Shown piece after piece: positions 16,795 through 18,193 of a stretch of DNA of 18,193 nucleotides (position 1 is the first letter of the stretch; every line of letters starts with the position of its first letter). Both the position numbers and the translations under genes were made by a program. Under the pieces are notes generated by a model. That model saw only the letters and a program-made list of their open reading frames with translations. It was not told the DNA's origin and did no database searches. This DNA comes from Candidatus Hydrogenedentota bacterium (GTDB lineage: Bacteria > Hydrogenedentota > Hydrogenedentia > Hydrogenedentales > SLHB01): assembly GCA_963668025.2 (NCBI GenBank), contig CAXXTH010000016.1, positions 1 to 18,193 of the forward strand, in the 5' to 3' direction.

Positions 16795-18144
16795 TTATCC
16801 TTTTCGCGGCCAATTCCGCGCCACCAGTTCCCGCGCCTCTTCCGGCGTCCGAGTGATGCCTTCGAGCTGGGCGTCTTCTAGCGTGTGAAGAATTTTCCCG
16901 AACAATGGCCCCGGGGCATATCCCATGGCGATAAGGCCATGGCCGGTCAACAACGGTTCTGGGCGCAACTGGGCGGGCTCCGTGCGGGTGAGATAGTCCT
17001 CGATCCACTCGATAGTGTCGAGGCGGCCATGGCTGGCGAGGGCATCGAGGCGGCATAACTCCAAAAGCTCCGGGAAATAATCCTCGCGCATAAAACGCTT
17101 CCGGCGGCTTTCGCGCATGTCCGGCGTCGTGGCCAGCCGCATATGCCCGCCCACCAAGGCGCACACGCGCTCCGTCTCCTCATTGGACATGCGCAGGCGG
17201 CGGCAAATCTCCCATGCCATCTCCGCGCCCACTTTGTCATGGTAATTGAAACGGATGCGGTCTTCGAAGGTTTGCGTCGGCGGTTTACCGATATCATGCA
17301 GCAACACGCCCAGGGCGAGCGTGGGGGAGGGGTTGCGCATGAGGCCCAGCATCATCAGCGTGTGGGTGAACACGTCGCCTTCCGGATGAAACTCGGGCGG
17401 CTGTTCCACGCCTTTCATGGCGGCCACTTCCGGCAGCACGGCATCGAGCAGCCCGCTCGCATCGAGTAAGCGGAACGCCCGTTCCGCCGCGCCCTCCGTG
17501 AGCATTTTCAATAATTCATCCCGGATGCGCTCCGGACTCGTTTGCAGGATGCTTGGCGCAAAGGCGCACAGGGCATCCCAAGTATCAGGCTCAATGGTGT
17601 AATCCAAGCGAGCTGCGAATCGAACCGCCCGAAGCAGGCGCAGATAGTCTTCCTCGAACCGTTTCCGCGCCTCGCCCACGGCCCGAATCCGTTTCGCCTG
17701 GATGTCTTCGCGCCCGCCCACATAGTCAATCACCGTTTTATCGAGGGGATCATAGAATAGGGCATTGGCGGTGAAATCACGCCGCAAGGCGTCTTGCCGT
17801 TCATCCGCGTGCTCCACATACGAAGGATGCCGCCCATCCAGATAGGGGCCGTCGCGCCGGAACGTGGCCACTTCAAACGCCCCTTCCGGCAACAACACCG
17901 CCATCACGCCGAATGCCGCGCCGACATCCACATGGCGGGGAAACAGCTCCGCCACGCGCCCCGGCGCGGCGTCCGTGGCGATATCATAGTCTTTAGATTC
18001 GACGCCCAGGAGCATGTCGCGCACGCATCCGCCCGCCAGCAGCGCCCGGTGGCCCGCCTCCGCCAAGGCCAGGCAAATGCCCTCCGCCGCAAGACGCCGC
18101 TCATCCATGGCTCGGAGGCCCGCTATTCCGGGCGATTGCGGCAT
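16795..18144 (-). CDS. cca: Class II tRNA nucleotidyltransferase (CCA-type) with HD domain
   Basis: GGCVRD..LG..SKDYDIAT, EVATFR, DALRRDFTANAL, EDYLRLLRAVRF, ERIRDEL, HPEGDVFTHT, LLHDIGK. The start may be ATG 18108 instead. Confidence 0.93.
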   Translation of the reverse strand: MPQSPGIAGLRAMDERRLAAEGICLALAEAGHRALLAGGCVRDMLLGVESKDYDIATDAAPGRVAELFPRHVDVGAAFGVMAVLLPEGAFEVATFRRDGPYLDGRHPSYVEHADERQDALRRDFTANALFYDPLDKTVIDYVGGREDIQAKRIRAVGEARKRFEEDYLRLLRAVRFAARLDYTIEPDTWDALCAFAPSILQTSPERIRDELLKMLTEGAAERAFRLLDASGLLDAVLPEVAAMKGVEQPPEFHPEGDVFTHTLMMLGLMRNPSPTLALGVLLHDIGKPPTQTFEDRIRFNYHDKVGAEMAWEICRRLRMSNEETERVCALVGGHMRLATTPDMRESRRKRFMREDYFPELLELCRLDALASHGRLDTIEWIEDYLTRTEPAQLRPEPLLTGHGLIAMGYAPGPLFGKILHTLEDAQLEGITRTPEEARELVARNWPRKG

Positions 18145-18193
18145 GGTGCGCCCGGTGCGCGCGCGCTTTCAGATACGCCCGCACCAGCGCCAG

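Noticed and set aside
16773-16820. att-site duplication of the cca 3' end bounding an integrated island
   Set aside because: No second copy was seen by eye and there is no integrase in the window.

Overview
GC-rich bacterial chromosomal segment; a Ca. Hydrogenedentes/PVC-like origin is a guess from repeat and lipoprotein style only. There are 13 supportable CDSs: 5'-truncated anmK; a VUT/YhhQ-like membrane protein with a C-terminal CxxC...HGxCxxC domain; a GH109-like Gfo/Idh/MocA enzyme plus a DhnA-type class I aldolase behind a near-consensus sigma70 promoter; two GT4 glycosyltransferases (one Agt-like) and a GDPD lipoprotein; a TetR regulator; a DUF4407-like membrane protein; a secreted GH127-LamG enzyme; an AT-rich TPR-like membrane-anchored protein; a stand-alone OLD-like ABC-ATPase/TOPRIM protein; and a class II CCA-type nucleotidyltransferase. 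The most striking non-coding feature is a pair of ~83-bp composite inverted repeats (9689-9772 and 13436-13517). Each has a leader, a 9-mer tandem and a GTAG-REP palindrome, and together they bracket the whole GH127 transcription unit. No rRNA, tRNA, CRISPR array, transposase or integrase was recognised. All family calls come from motif recognition by eye, with no database search.
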